Made by a program: the position numbers and the translations under genes. Shown piece after piece: positions 38,772-48,174 of a stretch of DNA of 64,000 bases (positions are counted from its first letter, which is position 1; the number at the start of each line of letters is the position of its first letter). A model generated the notes under the pieces. That model was not told the origin of the DNA. It saw only the letters and a list, made by a program, of their open reading frames with translations, and did no database searches. The DNA is from Minisyncoccia bacterium (lineage in GTDB: Bacteria; Patescibacteriota; Minisyncoccia; UBA6257; GWB1-50-10), in contig JBEKVQ010000006.1 of the NCBI GenBank assembly GCA_049997815.1, forward strand, positions 2,613-66,612, written 5' to 3'.

Positions 38772-40555
38772 ATCCGGAAGCCAAAACCTGCCAAAATTGC
38801 AAGCAAAATTTCACGATTGAACCGGACGATTTTGCGTTCTACGAGAAAATCCACGTTCCACCGCCGACTTTCTGTCCGGAGTGCCGGATGCAAAGAAGGT
38901 TGATTTGGCGGAACGAACGGACGCTTTATAAGCGCAAGTGCGACGCGCCGGGACACTCCGAAGACATCATTTCGATGTATTCACCGGAGCAAACGTTTCC
39001 CATATACGATCATGCTTATTGGTACGGCGACGGTTGGGATTCCGGAAGCTACGGCCGGGATTACGATTTCTCGAAGCCGTTCTTTCCTCAGTTTAAGGAG
39101 TTGCTTCACGCGGTGCCCCACGTAACGCTTTTCGACAGTAAATCGGTCAATTCCAATTACTGCAACATCGTCGTGGAACAGAAGAATTGCTATCTCGTGA
39201 GCGCCGGCTGGGGGAATGAGGACTCCTTATACAGTAACCGCATTGCTTATTGCAAGGACACGGTTGATTCGTACGTTTGCCACAAGACCGAATTCGGATA
39301 CGAGAACGTCTATTGCAAGGAATCGAACCGGCTTATCTTCAGTTTGAGGAGCGAAGGATGCGTCGATTCTTATTTCCTTTACGATTGCCGGAATTGCTCC
39401 GATTGCATCGGGTGCGCGAATTTGAGGAATAAGAAATACTGCATCTTCAACCAGCAGTACACGAAGGAGGAATATCAGAAAAAGGCGTCGGAAATGAATC
39501 TCGGAAGTTACAGATCTCTTTTGGAACTCTCGGCTAAGTTCGAAAAAATACGGCTAAACGCCGTGAGCCGTTTCGCTTCTCTTTATAACACCCAAAACGT
39601 CATCGGGGACAACATCGAAGATTCGAGGAATTGCTATTACTGCTTCGACCTTGACGGCGACGCGGAAAATTCCAAATATTGCCACTGGTCCACGAGGGGA
39701 TTACGCGACTGCTATGATTCTGGGCCCGGCGCCGGCGGAAATTCAGAGTTGCTTTATGAAGGCATCAGCATCGGCGTGGTGAACTCAAGATGCAAGCTGG
39801 GCGTCATCGTGTGGTACTCGCACGATATGGAGTACTGCTACAATTGCCAGGATTCCCATGACCTCTTCGGCTGTGTCGGCATGCGCAAGAAAGAATACTG
39901 CGTTTTCAATAAACAATATTCGAAGGAGGAGTACGAAAAATTGGTATCGAAGATAAAGAAACAAATGGATAATGTGCCCTATGTCGATTCTAGAGGAAGA
40001 ATTTACAAATACGGCGAATTTTTCCCGCCGGACATAAGCCCGTTCACCTATAATGAAACCGTCGCCCAGGACTACATGCCGCTCACGAAAGATGGCGCTT
40101 TAAAGGGCGGATATAAATGGCGGGAGATGGAGAGCCGTGGCCACAAACCCACCATTTCTTCCGCTGACCTGCCGGATACTATTCAGGACGTTCCCGATTC
40201 AATAACCAAAGAAACCATAGGTTGCGCTCACGAAGGCAAGTGCAATGACCAGTGCACTGTCGCCTTCAGGATTATTTCGGAGGAATTGGCATTTTATCGC
40301 CGAATGAATCTTCCCTTGCCTCATCTATGTCCCAATTGCCGCCATTATCAGAGGCTGGCGGAAAGGAATCCCCTGAAGCTGTGGCATCGTAAGTGCCAGT
40401 GTGCCGGAACCGGCTCGGAAAACGGAATGTATAAAAATACCGTTCAGCACCAGCACGGAGATGGCCATTGCCCGAACGAATTTGAAACATCTTACGCTCC
40501 GGACCGCAAGGAAATCGTCTACTGCGAAAATTGCTACAATAGCGAAGTGGTATAA
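38768..40555 (+). CDS. Cys-rich zinc-ribbon/solenoid family protein, copy 12
   Basis: ATGA overlap; 595 aa; shares the 'CxAPGHSEDIISMY' variant with copy 3. Confidence 0.92.
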   Translation: MNPEAKTCQNCKQNFTIEPDDFAFYEKIHVPPPTFCPECRMQRRLIWRNERTLYKRKCDAPGHSEDIISMYSPEQTFPIYDHAYWYGDGWDSGSYGRDYDFSKPFFPQFKELLHAVPHVTLFDSKSVNSNYCNIVVEQKNCYLVSAGWGNEDSLYSNRIAYCKDTVDSYVCHKTEFGYENVYCKESNRLIFSLRSEGCVDSYFLYDCRNCSDCIGCANLRNKKYCIFNQQYTKEEYQKKASEMNLGSYRSLLELSAKFEKIRLNAVSRFASLYNTQNVIGDNIEDSRNCYYCFDLDGDAENSKYCHWSTRGLRDCYDSGPGAGGNSELLYEGISIGVVNSRCKLGVIVWYSHDMEYCYNCQDSHDLFGCVGMRKKEYCVFNKQYSKEEYEKLVSKIKKQMDNVPYVDSRGRIYKYGEFFPPDISPFTYNETVAQDYMPLTKDGALKGGYKWREMESRGHKPTISSADLPDTIQDVPDSITKETIGCAHEGKCNDQCTVAFRIISEELAFYRRMNLPLPHLCPNCRHYQRLAERNPLKLWHRKCQCAGTGSENGMYKNTVQHQHGDGHCPNEFETSYAPDRKEIVYCENCYNSEVV

Positions 40556-40562
40556 TCCATTA

Positions 40563-41015
40563 ATGACTCAAGAACTTAACAGAAACACGAAGATTTGGCT
40601 CACGGTCGCGAGAATAGCGCTGGGCTGGTTTTTCTTTTATGCCGGGCTCGTAAAGATACTGGACGCTAATTGGAGCGCCGCCGGATTCCTGAACGGCGCG
40701 AAGACGTTTCATGGTTTATACGCCTGGTTTGCCGCTCCGAACGTCATCGGAATCGTGAATCTTCTGAATGAATGGGGGCTTTTGCTTTTGGGAGCATCTC
40801 TCATACTGGGGCTCTTCGTGCGGTGGAGCACGATTCCCGGAGTTCTTTTAATGCTTCTTTATTATTTCGCCAGCAACGCCTTTCCTTTCGTCTCCAACGG
40901 ATTCATCGTGGACGACCATATTATCTTCATCGCGCTGCTTGTGCTGTTTTTCGTAACTCACGACGGGTATTACTTCGGTTTGGACGAAAAATTCGGCAAG
41001 AAGATTTCCCAATGA
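40563..41015 (+). CDS. DoxX-family membrane protein
   Basis: RIALGWFFFYAGLVK, WSAAGFL, LILGLFVR; 4 TM segments. Confidence 0.8.
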   Translation: MTQELNRNTKIWLTVARIALGWFFFYAGLVKILDANWSAAGFLNGAKTFHGLYAWFAAPNVIGIVNLLNEWGLLLLGASLILGLFVRWSTIPGVLLMLLYYFASNAFPFVSNGFIVDDHIIFIALLVLFFVTHDGYYFGLDEKFGKKISQ

Positions 41016-41473
41016 GCGGTTTCGCGAAGAAGATAATCGTTGTTTTTCTATTGCTTAGCGTTCTGGGGCTGATCGATGCTTCATATCTTACGATTGAACA
41101 CTACCGCGACGCTTCCGTCGTCTGTTTTCTGGTAAATACATGCGACAAGGTGCTCCAAAGCTCATATGCCACGCTCGGAGCCATCCCGGTCTCGCTTTTC
41201 GGCGTTATATACTATTTGGGAATATTCCTGCTTTCACTCGTTTCGCTTATAAAAAAGAATGAGAGGCTGTTTTTCACAACCTCCCTCTTGACCGTATTCG
41301 GATTTATTGCGTCCCTGTGGTTTCTCTACGTCCAGCTTTTCATCATCCATTCCCTTTGTTTTTATTGCCTCTTCTCGGCTCTCGATTCGATAATTCTTTT
41401 TATCTTAGGGCTTACGTTCTCACTTAGATTCAACCCGGGAAGCAGTTCCCAATCGCTTCGAAAAGATAAGTAA
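41012..41473 (+). CDS. Vitamin K epoxide reductase (VKOR) family protein
   Basis: C-x5-CDKVLQSSYA, IPVSLFG and active-site CFYC. Confidence 0.88.
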   Translation: MSGFAKKIIVVFLLLSVLGLIDASYLTIEHYRDASVVCFLVNTCDKVLQSSYATLGAIPVSLFGVIYYLGIFLLSLVSLIKKNERLFFTTSLLTVFGFIASLWFLYVQLFIIHSLCFYCLFSALDSIILFILGLTFSLRFNPGSSSQSLRKDK

Positions 41474-42637
41474 AAGAATCGCCGCGAGTCCCGCCATGGC
41501 GGCGCCGAAATAGAACGGAACCTGCGGTCCGAAGCGGTCCCACAGAAATCCCGCGAAGAAACTCGCCGGGAGCGCCGCGATGCCGACAGCGGTCCCATAC
41601 AGTCCGAAAGCCCGGCCCCGGTGCCCGGCTCCGACGATGTCCGTTAAAAGCGCTCTCGCGACGCCTTCACTCGTGGCATAATAAATTCCGTAGAAAGCGT
41701 AGAGAATCCAGATCATGTAAGGATTCGAGGCGAAGCCAAATCCAAGATAGACCAGGACGAAGGCCAGCCATCCGATGAGCATGGTCGGAATGCGCCCGAT
41801 GCGGTCGGAGAGGGAACCGAATGGAACGGCGGCAAGAGCGTAGACCAAGTTGAAGAGGGCGATGACGAGCGGAATATCCAAAAGAGTGATGCCGATATTC
41901 CTCGCGCGGAGAATGAGGAACGCATCCGATGAATTTCCGAGCGTAAAGATGATGACGATGGTGAGGAAGAGATAAAACGTGGAAGACAGTTTCTCCCGCG
42001 ATCGGGGAATAGCGGCGGCATCGGCGGAAACCTTGGGCGCTTCCCTGACCTTATAGACAAGTACGCCCAGGGTGAATATAAGCGGAACAGCGGTGAAGAG
42101 GAGGATATTGTGATAAAGAGTCGGACTGTCTTTGAAGATATAAAGAAGCCCGAATAGCAGGAGCGGACCGGCCACCGAGCCCAGGGTGTCCAGCATCCGG
42201 GCTATGCCGAAGCTTCTGCCGCGGACATCTTTCCCGGCCGAGCCGGCGATAAGAACGTCCTTAGGCGGGTCTTTAATGCCCTTGCCGGCGCCATCCAGGA
42301 GCCGGAGCCCTATAACGGCCGTAGCCGATGTAAAGAGAACCAGGAGCGGCCGGCCGACCATGGAAAGAAAATACCCCAGGAAGATGAGGGGCTTTTGCTT
42401 CTTGAACTTGTCGGAAATAAAGCCGGAAACGACCTTAAAAACGTTCACACTTGCCGTCACAATGCCCTCGGCGATGCCGACGAAGGCCTTGTCGAAGCCG
42501 AGGACCGAAGTCAGATAGATGGGGAGGATGGGAGCGAAGATGTCCTGGCTGATTCCGCCGAAGAAGCTAAGGAGGCCGACGAAGAAAACATTTCTGTTCT
42601 TTGGGGTCTCGGGAGGGTTTTTCGTTTCTGGTTCCAT
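41420..42637 (-). CDS. MFS transporter
   Basis: ~12 TM; motif A GFISDKF.. and GSLSDRIGRIP; RGRAFG. Confidence 0.9.
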   Translation of the reverse strand: MEPETKNPPETPKNRNVFFVGLLSFFGGISQDIFAPILPIYLTSVLGFDKAFVGIAEGIVTASVNVFKVVSGFISDKFKKQKPLIFLGYFLSMVGRPLLVLFTSATAVIGLRLLDGAGKGIKDPPKDVLIAGSAGKDVRGRSFGIARMLDTLGSVAGPLLLFGLLYIFKDSPTLYHNILLFTAVPLIFTLGVLVYKVREAPKVSADAAAIPRSREKLSSTFYLFLTIVIIFTLGNSSDAFLILRARNIGITLLDIPLVIALFNLVYALAAVPFGSLSDRIGRIPTMLIGWLAFVLVYLGFGFASNPYMIWILYAFYGIYYATSEGVARALLTDIVGAGHRGRAFGLYGTAVGIAALPASFFAGFLWDRFGPQVPFYFGAAMAGLAAILLLIFSKRLGTASRVESK

Positions 42638-42706
42638 ATATTTATATTACCATTTGGAATTACGGCTTATTTGACCAAAGGGGATGGTTGGATTTTAATG
42701 GTTATA

Positions 42707-44494
42707 ATGACCTCTTCGGAGATTAGGCAAAAATTCCTGAAGTTTTTTGAAAAAAAAGGGCACACGATAATTCCTTCGGCTTCACTCATCCCCGAGAATG
42801 ACCCGACGGTTCTTTTCACGACCGCCGGCATGCATCCATTAGTGCCGTTCCTACTGGGTGAAGTTCATCCCGGCGGGAAGCGCGTTGCGTCCGTTCAGAG
42901 ATGCATTCGAACGGGCGACATCGACGAGGTCGGCGACGAGGTACATCTTACGTTTTTCGAGATGCTCGGGAATTGGTCGTTCGGAGATTATTGGAAAGAA
43001 GACGCGATTAAATGGAGTTTCGAATTCCTCACCAAGGAGTTGAAACTCCCGATTAGTAAACTGGCAATATCGTGTTTTGCTGGCGATAAAGATGCGCCTC
43101 GCGACGATGAATCCGCGAAGATTTGGGAGTCGCTCGGTATTACCAAAGAACGCATTTATTTCCTTTCAAAGAAAGACAACTGGTGGGGTCCGGCGGGCGA
43201 GACCGGACCGTGCGGCCCGGACACCGAAATGTTCTACTGGACCGGCGATGGCGAACCAGAACTTCTTACAACGGGGGATAATAAGGAAAAATGGGTTGAG
43301 ATTTGGAACGATGTGTTCATGCAATACAATAAGCGCGCTCCCGGCGCTTTCGAGCCGCTTAAACAAAAGAACGTTGATACCGGAATGGGACTTGAGCGCA
43401 CTGTCGCGGTATTGAATGGCTGCGATGTGTACCAAATAGATATATTTAAACCGATCATCGAAGAAATTGAGAAGTTATCGGGCAAAAAATATGATTTCAA
43501 AAAAGGAGCTTTAGGATACGAAGAAATGCCTGAATGCTGGGCTCTGGATATGCGGTCAATGAGAATCATTGCCGACCATATCCGCGCAGCGACGTTCATC
43601 CTCGGAGACGAGCGGGGGGTACTCCCGTCGAATGTGGGGCAGGGATATGTGCTCCGCCGGCTTATTCGCCGAGCAGCCCGATACGGAAAAGTGCTTGGCA
43701 TTAAAGTGTCGCCGTTCTCGACGGAAATCGCCTCAAAAGTGATCAAGATATATCCGGAACTCAAGAAAAATCAGGCGCAAATTTTGGCCGGGCTTGCGGA
43801 GGAAGAAAAGAAATTTGCCGTCGCTCTTGAAAAGGGGCTCAGGGAGTTCGAAAGATTCACGAAAGTAGACGGCAAAATAGCCTTCGATTTATATCAGTCT
43901 TTCGGGTTCCCAATCGAATTGACGGAGGAGCTTTCCCGCGAGCGCGGTTTTAAAATCGATAAGAAGGTTTTTGAAGAAGAGTTCCGAAAGCACCAGGAGC
44001 TTTCCCGTACCGCTTCGGCGGGTCAATTCAAGGGCGGGCTGGCCGACAGTTCGGAACAGGTGGTAAAACTCCATACCGCGACGCATCTCTTGCATCAGGC
44101 ATTGATCGACGTGCTTGGCGGGACGGTTGACCAGAAAGGGTCAAACATCACTGCCGAGCGTTTGCGTTTCGACTTTGTATGCCCAAGAAAAATGACGCCC
44201 GAAGAGGTTAAGAAAACGGAAGAAATCGTGAACAAAAAAATAAAAGAAGATTTGCCGGTTCACTTCGAATTGCTCGCGGTTCACGAGGCGAAGGCGAAAG
44301 GAGCCATCGGCGTCTTCGACGACAAGTACGCCCAAATCGGCGGCAAGGTGAAGGTTTATTTCGTGGGAAATTATTCGAAAGAAATTTGTGGCGGGCCGCA
44401 CGTGGCCCATACGGGCGAAATCGGGAAGTTCAAAATCACGAAAGAAGAGCCGGTCGCGGCCGGAATCCGGAGAATTCGGGCCACCATTGGGTAG
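42707..44494 (+). CDS. alaS: Alanine--tRNA ligase (595 aa, lacks the C-Ala domain)
   Basis: DPTVLFTTAGM, FFEMLGNWSFGDY, GPCGPDTE, DTGMGLER; editing-site HTATH and CGGPH. Confidence 0.95.
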   Translation: MTSSEIRQKFLKFFEKKGHTIIPSASLIPENDPTVLFTTAGMHPLVPFLLGEVHPGGKRVASVQRCIRTGDIDEVGDEVHLTFFEMLGNWSFGDYWKEDAIKWSFEFLTKELKLPISKLAISCFAGDKDAPRDDESAKIWESLGITKERIYFLSKKDNWWGPAGETGPCGPDTEMFYWTGDGEPELLTTGDNKEKWVEIWNDVFMQYNKRAPGAFEPLKQKNVDTGMGLERTVAVLNGCDVYQIDIFKPIIEEIEKLSGKKYDFKKGALGYEEMPECWALDMRSMRIIADHIRAATFILGDERGVLPSNVGQGYVLRRLIRRAARYGKVLGIKVSPFSTEIASKVIKIYPELKKNQAQILAGLAEEEKKFAVALEKGLREFERFTKVDGKIAFDLYQSFGFPIELTEELSRERGFKIDKKVFEEEFRKHQELSRTASAGQFKGGLADSSEQVVKLHTATHLLHQALIDVLGGTVDQKGSNITAERLRFDFVCPRKMTPEEVKKTEEIVNKKIKEDLPVHFELLAVHEAKAKGAIGVFDDKYAQIGGKVKVYFVGNYSKEICGGPHVAHTGEIGKFKITKEEPVAAGIRRIRATIG

Positions 44495-44510
44495 TGGTAT
44501 ACTGAGATTA

Positions 44511-45662
44511 ATGCCCGAGAAATTTTGGGACTTTTTGAATAAATTCTGGAACGGTCACCGGGAAAATTTTCTAATCGTTGAACAAAGGAACGGCGGTTGC
44601 GAGGTAACACTTGCTTCGCGGAATCTGAAGAAGAAAGAGCTCGTTATTAAGAAGAGATTTTCTTTGAAGAATCTCGAGGATTTGCGCCGCCCGCTCCAAA
44701 TGCTCGACAGAATAGTTTTTTCGTTCGGGAGCCGGAGTGCGACGACCGCGGAGAGCATCATTGCGTTAAAACGTTCCCGGCCGGATGACGTGATAAACGA
44801 AGGCGAGATGGACCAGCTCATCTATCAGGTCTTTTGGAATTTTCTGAACCGCCATCGTAGTTTGGCGGCGAAAAAAATGGGGACGACCGGCGAGAACCTG
44901 GTATTGGCTTACGTTCAGGTACGGGAGGTTTATCTGGGGAACAACCGGATATTCAATCCCATCGGTTTTAAGGGCGGGGAGTTGAGCATGAGATTGCGCG
45001 GGACGTTCGTTCCAAGAGAAGTTCTTCCGGCGCTGGAACGTTTCAAGGAGTGGGGAGAAATATTCGTTTTTGAATCGGGCAGCATTCTGACCTCGGTCCT
45101 GCCAGAAGGCGACAACTTGCTCGTCAATGTCGGCGAAGAAGCAACGACGGTTTTTAAATCGGCCGAAGGAGAAGAGGTGTTTTGCACATCCGAAGATTGG
45201 GGGACGAATTTGTTTGTAAAAAGCGCGGCCTTTGATCTGGGGGTAGATGAATTAACGGCTCATTCGATCGTCGATTGGTATTTTGAAAATAAGGTTTCGG
45301 CCCACGTGAGGAGGTATTTGGAAACGAGATTTAGCAAGGATTTCCAGAAACTGGCCGAATGGCTCAAATCGGTCAAGAAAAAATCGGGTATGAGCCGGCC
45401 GAAGCTCAATTTTAGCTTTCGGTACGGGCTAATGGCCTCAAGCGGTTATCTGAAGAAATTGGGTGGGGTGGCGGTGAGGATAGACGAAGAATTGGCGCGC
45501 CGGGAGGTCGTTTTGAAGAGTAGGCGAGGGGTCGCGGACTTCGAACCGCCGGCTGAGCAAGAAACGCTCGCGCTTTTGACCTTCGAATACGCGTTGCCCA
45601 AGTTTGATTTCTTAAACCAGCTTTTGAAGCGGCGCGTGCGTTGGCTTATACCAAACTTCTAA
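44511..45662 (+). CDS. Hypothetical protein, possibly a degenerate FtsA/actin-like fold
   Basis: 383 aa; only weak LVNVGEEATTV resemblance to the actin-fold phosphate-2 motif. Confidence 0.5.
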   Translation: MPEKFWDFLNKFWNGHRENFLIVEQRNGGCEVTLASRNLKKKELVIKKRFSLKNLEDLRRPLQMLDRIVFSFGSRSATTAESIIALKRSRPDDVINEGEMDQLIYQVFWNFLNRHRSLAAKKMGTTGENLVLAYVQVREVYLGNNRIFNPIGFKGGELSMRLRGTFVPREVLPALERFKEWGEIFVFESGSILTSVLPEGDNLLVNVGEEATTVFKSAEGEEVFCTSEDWGTNLFVKSAAFDLGVDELTAHSIVDWYFENKVSAHVRRYLETRFSKDFQKLAEWLKSVKKKSGMSRPKLNFSFRYGLMASSGYLKKLGGVAVRIDEELARREVVLKSRRGVADFEPPAEQETLALLTFEYALPKFDFLNQLLKRRVRWLIPNF

Positions 45663-45694
45663 ATTATAATTTAGGTTAGGATTACTAAAGACTT

Positions 45695-47383
45695 ATGAAG
45701 TTAGAGAAAAAAATCTTCCTCGACAAGAACGACGACTTGGATAAAGCGGTAGGGCAACTCGTGGCCGCCGAAGCCGAGAAGGTTGTTTTGAACATTCCCA
45801 AAAGCTCGGTTTTGGCCGTATCGGTGCACAACTTCCAGGTGTTGGAGAGGGAGAGCGAAACGGCGGGTAAGGAACTGGCGATAGAATCGGTAGATGAGCA
45901 CGTTTTGGAACTTGCGTCCCTCGCGACCATTCCGGCGGTGAACCCGGTATTCAAAGTCAGGGAAAGAGCGGTAGCGGATATCTTACCCGCCGAGTCTGAA
46001 GAATTCGAAGTTGAAGAAAAGCCGGTGAAAAAGCCGCGGGCGAAGAAAACGAAAGCGGAAAAGCCGGAACCCGCCCCAAAAGAAAAATCCAAACGAACCG
46101 TCAAAAAGAAAAAGGAGCCCGTTCCCGAAGCAATCCCGATAATCGTGAAAGAGAAAGAAAAACCGCCCGTTCCCGAAACGTTCGAAGAGGTGATGCCGAA
46201 GCACGAGTTCAAATACGAGGAAAAGAAAGAGCCGGAAGAAAAGCCGGTTCGCAGGAAATCGAAGCGCGGAAAGAAGTTTTGGATAACCGCCGTCTCGGCG
46301 CCTGTAGTTCTCGTGGCGGGATATTTTGCCGCTGCATATTTCCTGCCGATGGTGACGATAAACATATCCATTCAAAAAACGACCGCGCCGTTTTCCATGA
46401 ATGTCGTGGTGGACAAGAATGCCAATACGCCAGCCGTAAATAGCGGAACGGTGAATCTTCCCGGCCAACTCTCGGTGGCCCCCGGAAATTTGATAATGGC
46501 GTTTCCGGCGACCGGAAGTTCTACCGTAGGCACGAAAGCGAGCGGAATGATGACCGTTCACAATGATTACAACCAGAATCAAACTCTCGTGGCGACAACG
46601 CGATTCGAATCGCCCGATGGGAAGATTTTCCGGTTGGTGAAGCAGATATCGATACCGAAAGGCAAATCAGCGGACGCGCAGGTGGTTGCGGACCAGAACG
46701 GCTCCGACTATAACGTTCCGGCCGCTTCGCATTGGAATATTCCGGGACTTAAAGGAAAACCTCAATACGACAAGATCTATGGAGAATCTAAAGTATCTAT
46801 GGCCGGTGGGGCATCCGGAAATCAGCTCGTACCGACGTCGCAAGACATAACGCAGGGGAAAACGAAAATCGAAGCCGCGCTTCTGGATGTTCTGAAAAGC
46901 AAAACCTTGATATTGAGTTCGCAGAATTTCAAGCTTTTGAACGGTGCTTCGGCTTTCACCGTAACGAGCACGCCAAACCAGATGGTAGATAAGGACGGCA
47001 ATTTCAGTATTTTTTCAACAGGGGAGTTGAGACAAATGGTTTTTGACGAAGGTATGCTGAAGAACGCTATCGTTGGGTATGTTGCCACGTCGACTGCTTC
47101 TTCCACGGACGTGAAGATAGACGATTTTTCCATAAGCTATGCGACGAGTACGGCCGACCTAGTGAACGGCAAACTCACGTTTTCGGTGAGCGGGACGGTG
47201 GTATACGAACCGAAGATAGATTTTGACGTTTTCAAGAAAAGCATCGCGGGCTTGGATTCGGATTCATTGAAGATGGTAATCTTCGCCCTGCCGGGGCTCC
47301 AAAAAGCCAATATCTCCTTCTGGCCGTTCTGGGTCAACTCGGTGCCTAACCGCGAATCCAGAGTGAACATGGTAGTGGAGTAA
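45695..47383 (+). CDS. Single-TM membrane protein with an extracellular baseplate-J-like beta domain
   Basis: Lys/Glu/Pro-rich cytoplasmic linker, one TM, then KASG.MTVHN...LVATTRFESPDGKIFRL. Confidence 0.6.
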   Translation: MKLEKKIFLDKNDDLDKAVGQLVAAEAEKVVLNIPKSSVLAVSVHNFQVLERESETAGKELAIESVDEHVLELASLATIPAVNPVFKVRERAVADILPAESEEFEVEEKPVKKPRAKKTKAEKPEPAPKEKSKRTVKKKKEPVPEAIPIIVKEKEKPPVPETFEEVMPKHEFKYEEKKEPEEKPVRRKSKRGKKFWITAVSAPVVLVAGYFAAAYFLPMVTINISIQKTTAPFSMNVVVDKNANTPAVNSGTVNLPGQLSVAPGNLIMAFPATGSSTVGTKASGMMTVHNDYNQNQTLVATTRFESPDGKIFRLVKQISIPKGKSADAQVVADQNGSDYNVPAASHWNIPGLKGKPQYDKIYGESKVSMAGGASGNQLVPTSQDITQGKTKIEAALLDVLKSKTLILSSQNFKLLNGASAFTVTSTPNQMVDKDGNFSIFSTGELRQMVFDEGMLKNAIVGYVATSTASSTDVKIDDFSISYATSTADLVNGKLTFSVSGTVVYEPKIDFDVFKKSIAGLDSDSLKMVIFALPGLQKANISFWPFWVNSVPNRESRVNMVVE

Positions 47384-47388
47384 AAACA

Positions 47389-47417
47389 TTGACATTTTTC
47401 CTGGATTTTCTTAAACT
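47389..47417 (+). promoter_or_regulatory. Sigma70 promoter of the infA-rpsI cluster
   Basis: TTGACA-17 nt-TAAACT. Confidence 0.7.
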
Positions 47418-47432
47418 AAGCTCTGTTTGTTA

Positions 47433-47660
47433 ATGGAAAATAAGCCTTTGGTTAGGATTGAGGGAGTGGCGGAAGAGGCCTTGCCGGGTTTGCTTTTCCG
47501 CGTCAAGGTCCGATTGGAGAACGGCGAGGAAAAGAACATTCTGGCGCATCCGGCCGGTAAACTCAAGATTAACCGGATCCGCGTCATTCCGGGCGACCGG
47601 GTGATAGTGGAGATGGCAAATATTCTGGACAAACGTGGGAGAATAGTGCGAAGATTGTAG
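47433..47660 (+). CDS. infA: Translation initiation factor IF-1
   Basis: [39 protein letters not shown]. Confidence 0.92.
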   Translation: MENKPLVRIEGVAEEALPGLLFRVKVRLENGEEKNILAHPAGKLKINRIRVIPGDRVIVEMANILDKRGRIVRRL

Positions 47661-47665
47661 AACTT

Positions 47666-47782
47666 ATGAAAGTAAGGGCTTCGGTAAAAAAGATATGCAG
47701 CAATTGCAAAACCGTCCGCCGAAAAGGACGGGTTTACGTCATTTGTAGCAAGAATCCGAGGCATAAACAGAGACAAGGCTAA
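47666..47782 (+). CDS. rpmJ: 50S ribosomal protein L36
   Basis: [38 protein letters not shown] (not in the ORF track because it is under 60 aa). Confidence 0.97.
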   Translation: MKVRASVKKICSNCKTVRRKGRVYVICSKNPRHKQRQG

Positions 47783-47783
47783 G

Positions 47784-48167
47784 ATGAGAATTTCCGGCGT
47801 AAACATTCCCGATAACAAGAAGATATTCGTGGCTTTGGGCTACCTTTACGGCGTGGGCCCGGCTTTGGCCGTGAAGATCCTGGAGGCCGCCAAGGTTGAC
47901 CTGCATAAGCGGGCCAAGGAACTGGCGCCGGATGAGGTGAACCGGATACAGTCCGTCATCGAAAAGAATTACAAGATAGAAGGGGAATTGCGCCAGACCA
48001 TCAAACAGAACATCAGCCGCTTGAAGGACATTAAGGCCTATCGGGGCTTGCGGCACTTGAGGAAGTTGCCGGTGCGCGGACAGCGGACCAAGACTAACTC
48101 TCGGACGGTGCGCGGAAACGTGAGAAAGACCGCCGGCAGCGGCCGCCGGAAGGTTGACCTGAAATAA
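47784..48167 (+). CDS. rpsM: 30S ribosomal protein S13
   Basis: YRGLRH..KLPVRGQRTKTNSRT. Confidence 0.97.
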   Translation: MRISGVNIPDNKKIFVALGYLYGVGPALAVKILEAAKVDLHKRAKELAPDEVNRIQSVIEKNYKIEGELRQTIKQNISRLKDIKAYRGLRHLRKLPVRGQRTKTNSRTVRGNVRKTAGSGRRKVDLK

Positions 48168-48174
48168 TATTAAA

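Noticed and set aside
1-40555. Classical integron or transposon explanation for the arrays
   Set aside because: No integrase or transposase ORF. Copies overlap via ATGA, leaving no room for attC sites or terminal inverted repeats.
1386-40555. Multiheme cytochrome or polyferredoxin annotation for the Cys-rich proteins
   Set aside because: No signal peptides, CxxCH occurs only sporadically, and the Cys-every-third periodicity lacks regular CxxCxxCxxxCP motifs. Fe-S binding cannot be fully excluded.
42395-42706. Long upstream extensions of alaS (likewise for glycerate kinase, rpoA, VKOR, DoxX and copies 4, 8, 11)
   Set aside because: They overlap neighbouring genes; homology begins at the downstream ATGs used here.
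45695-47383. Prophage or contractile tail locus suggested by the baseplate-J-like domain
   Set aside because: No other phage genes. The protein is TM-anchored and sits among housekeeping genes.
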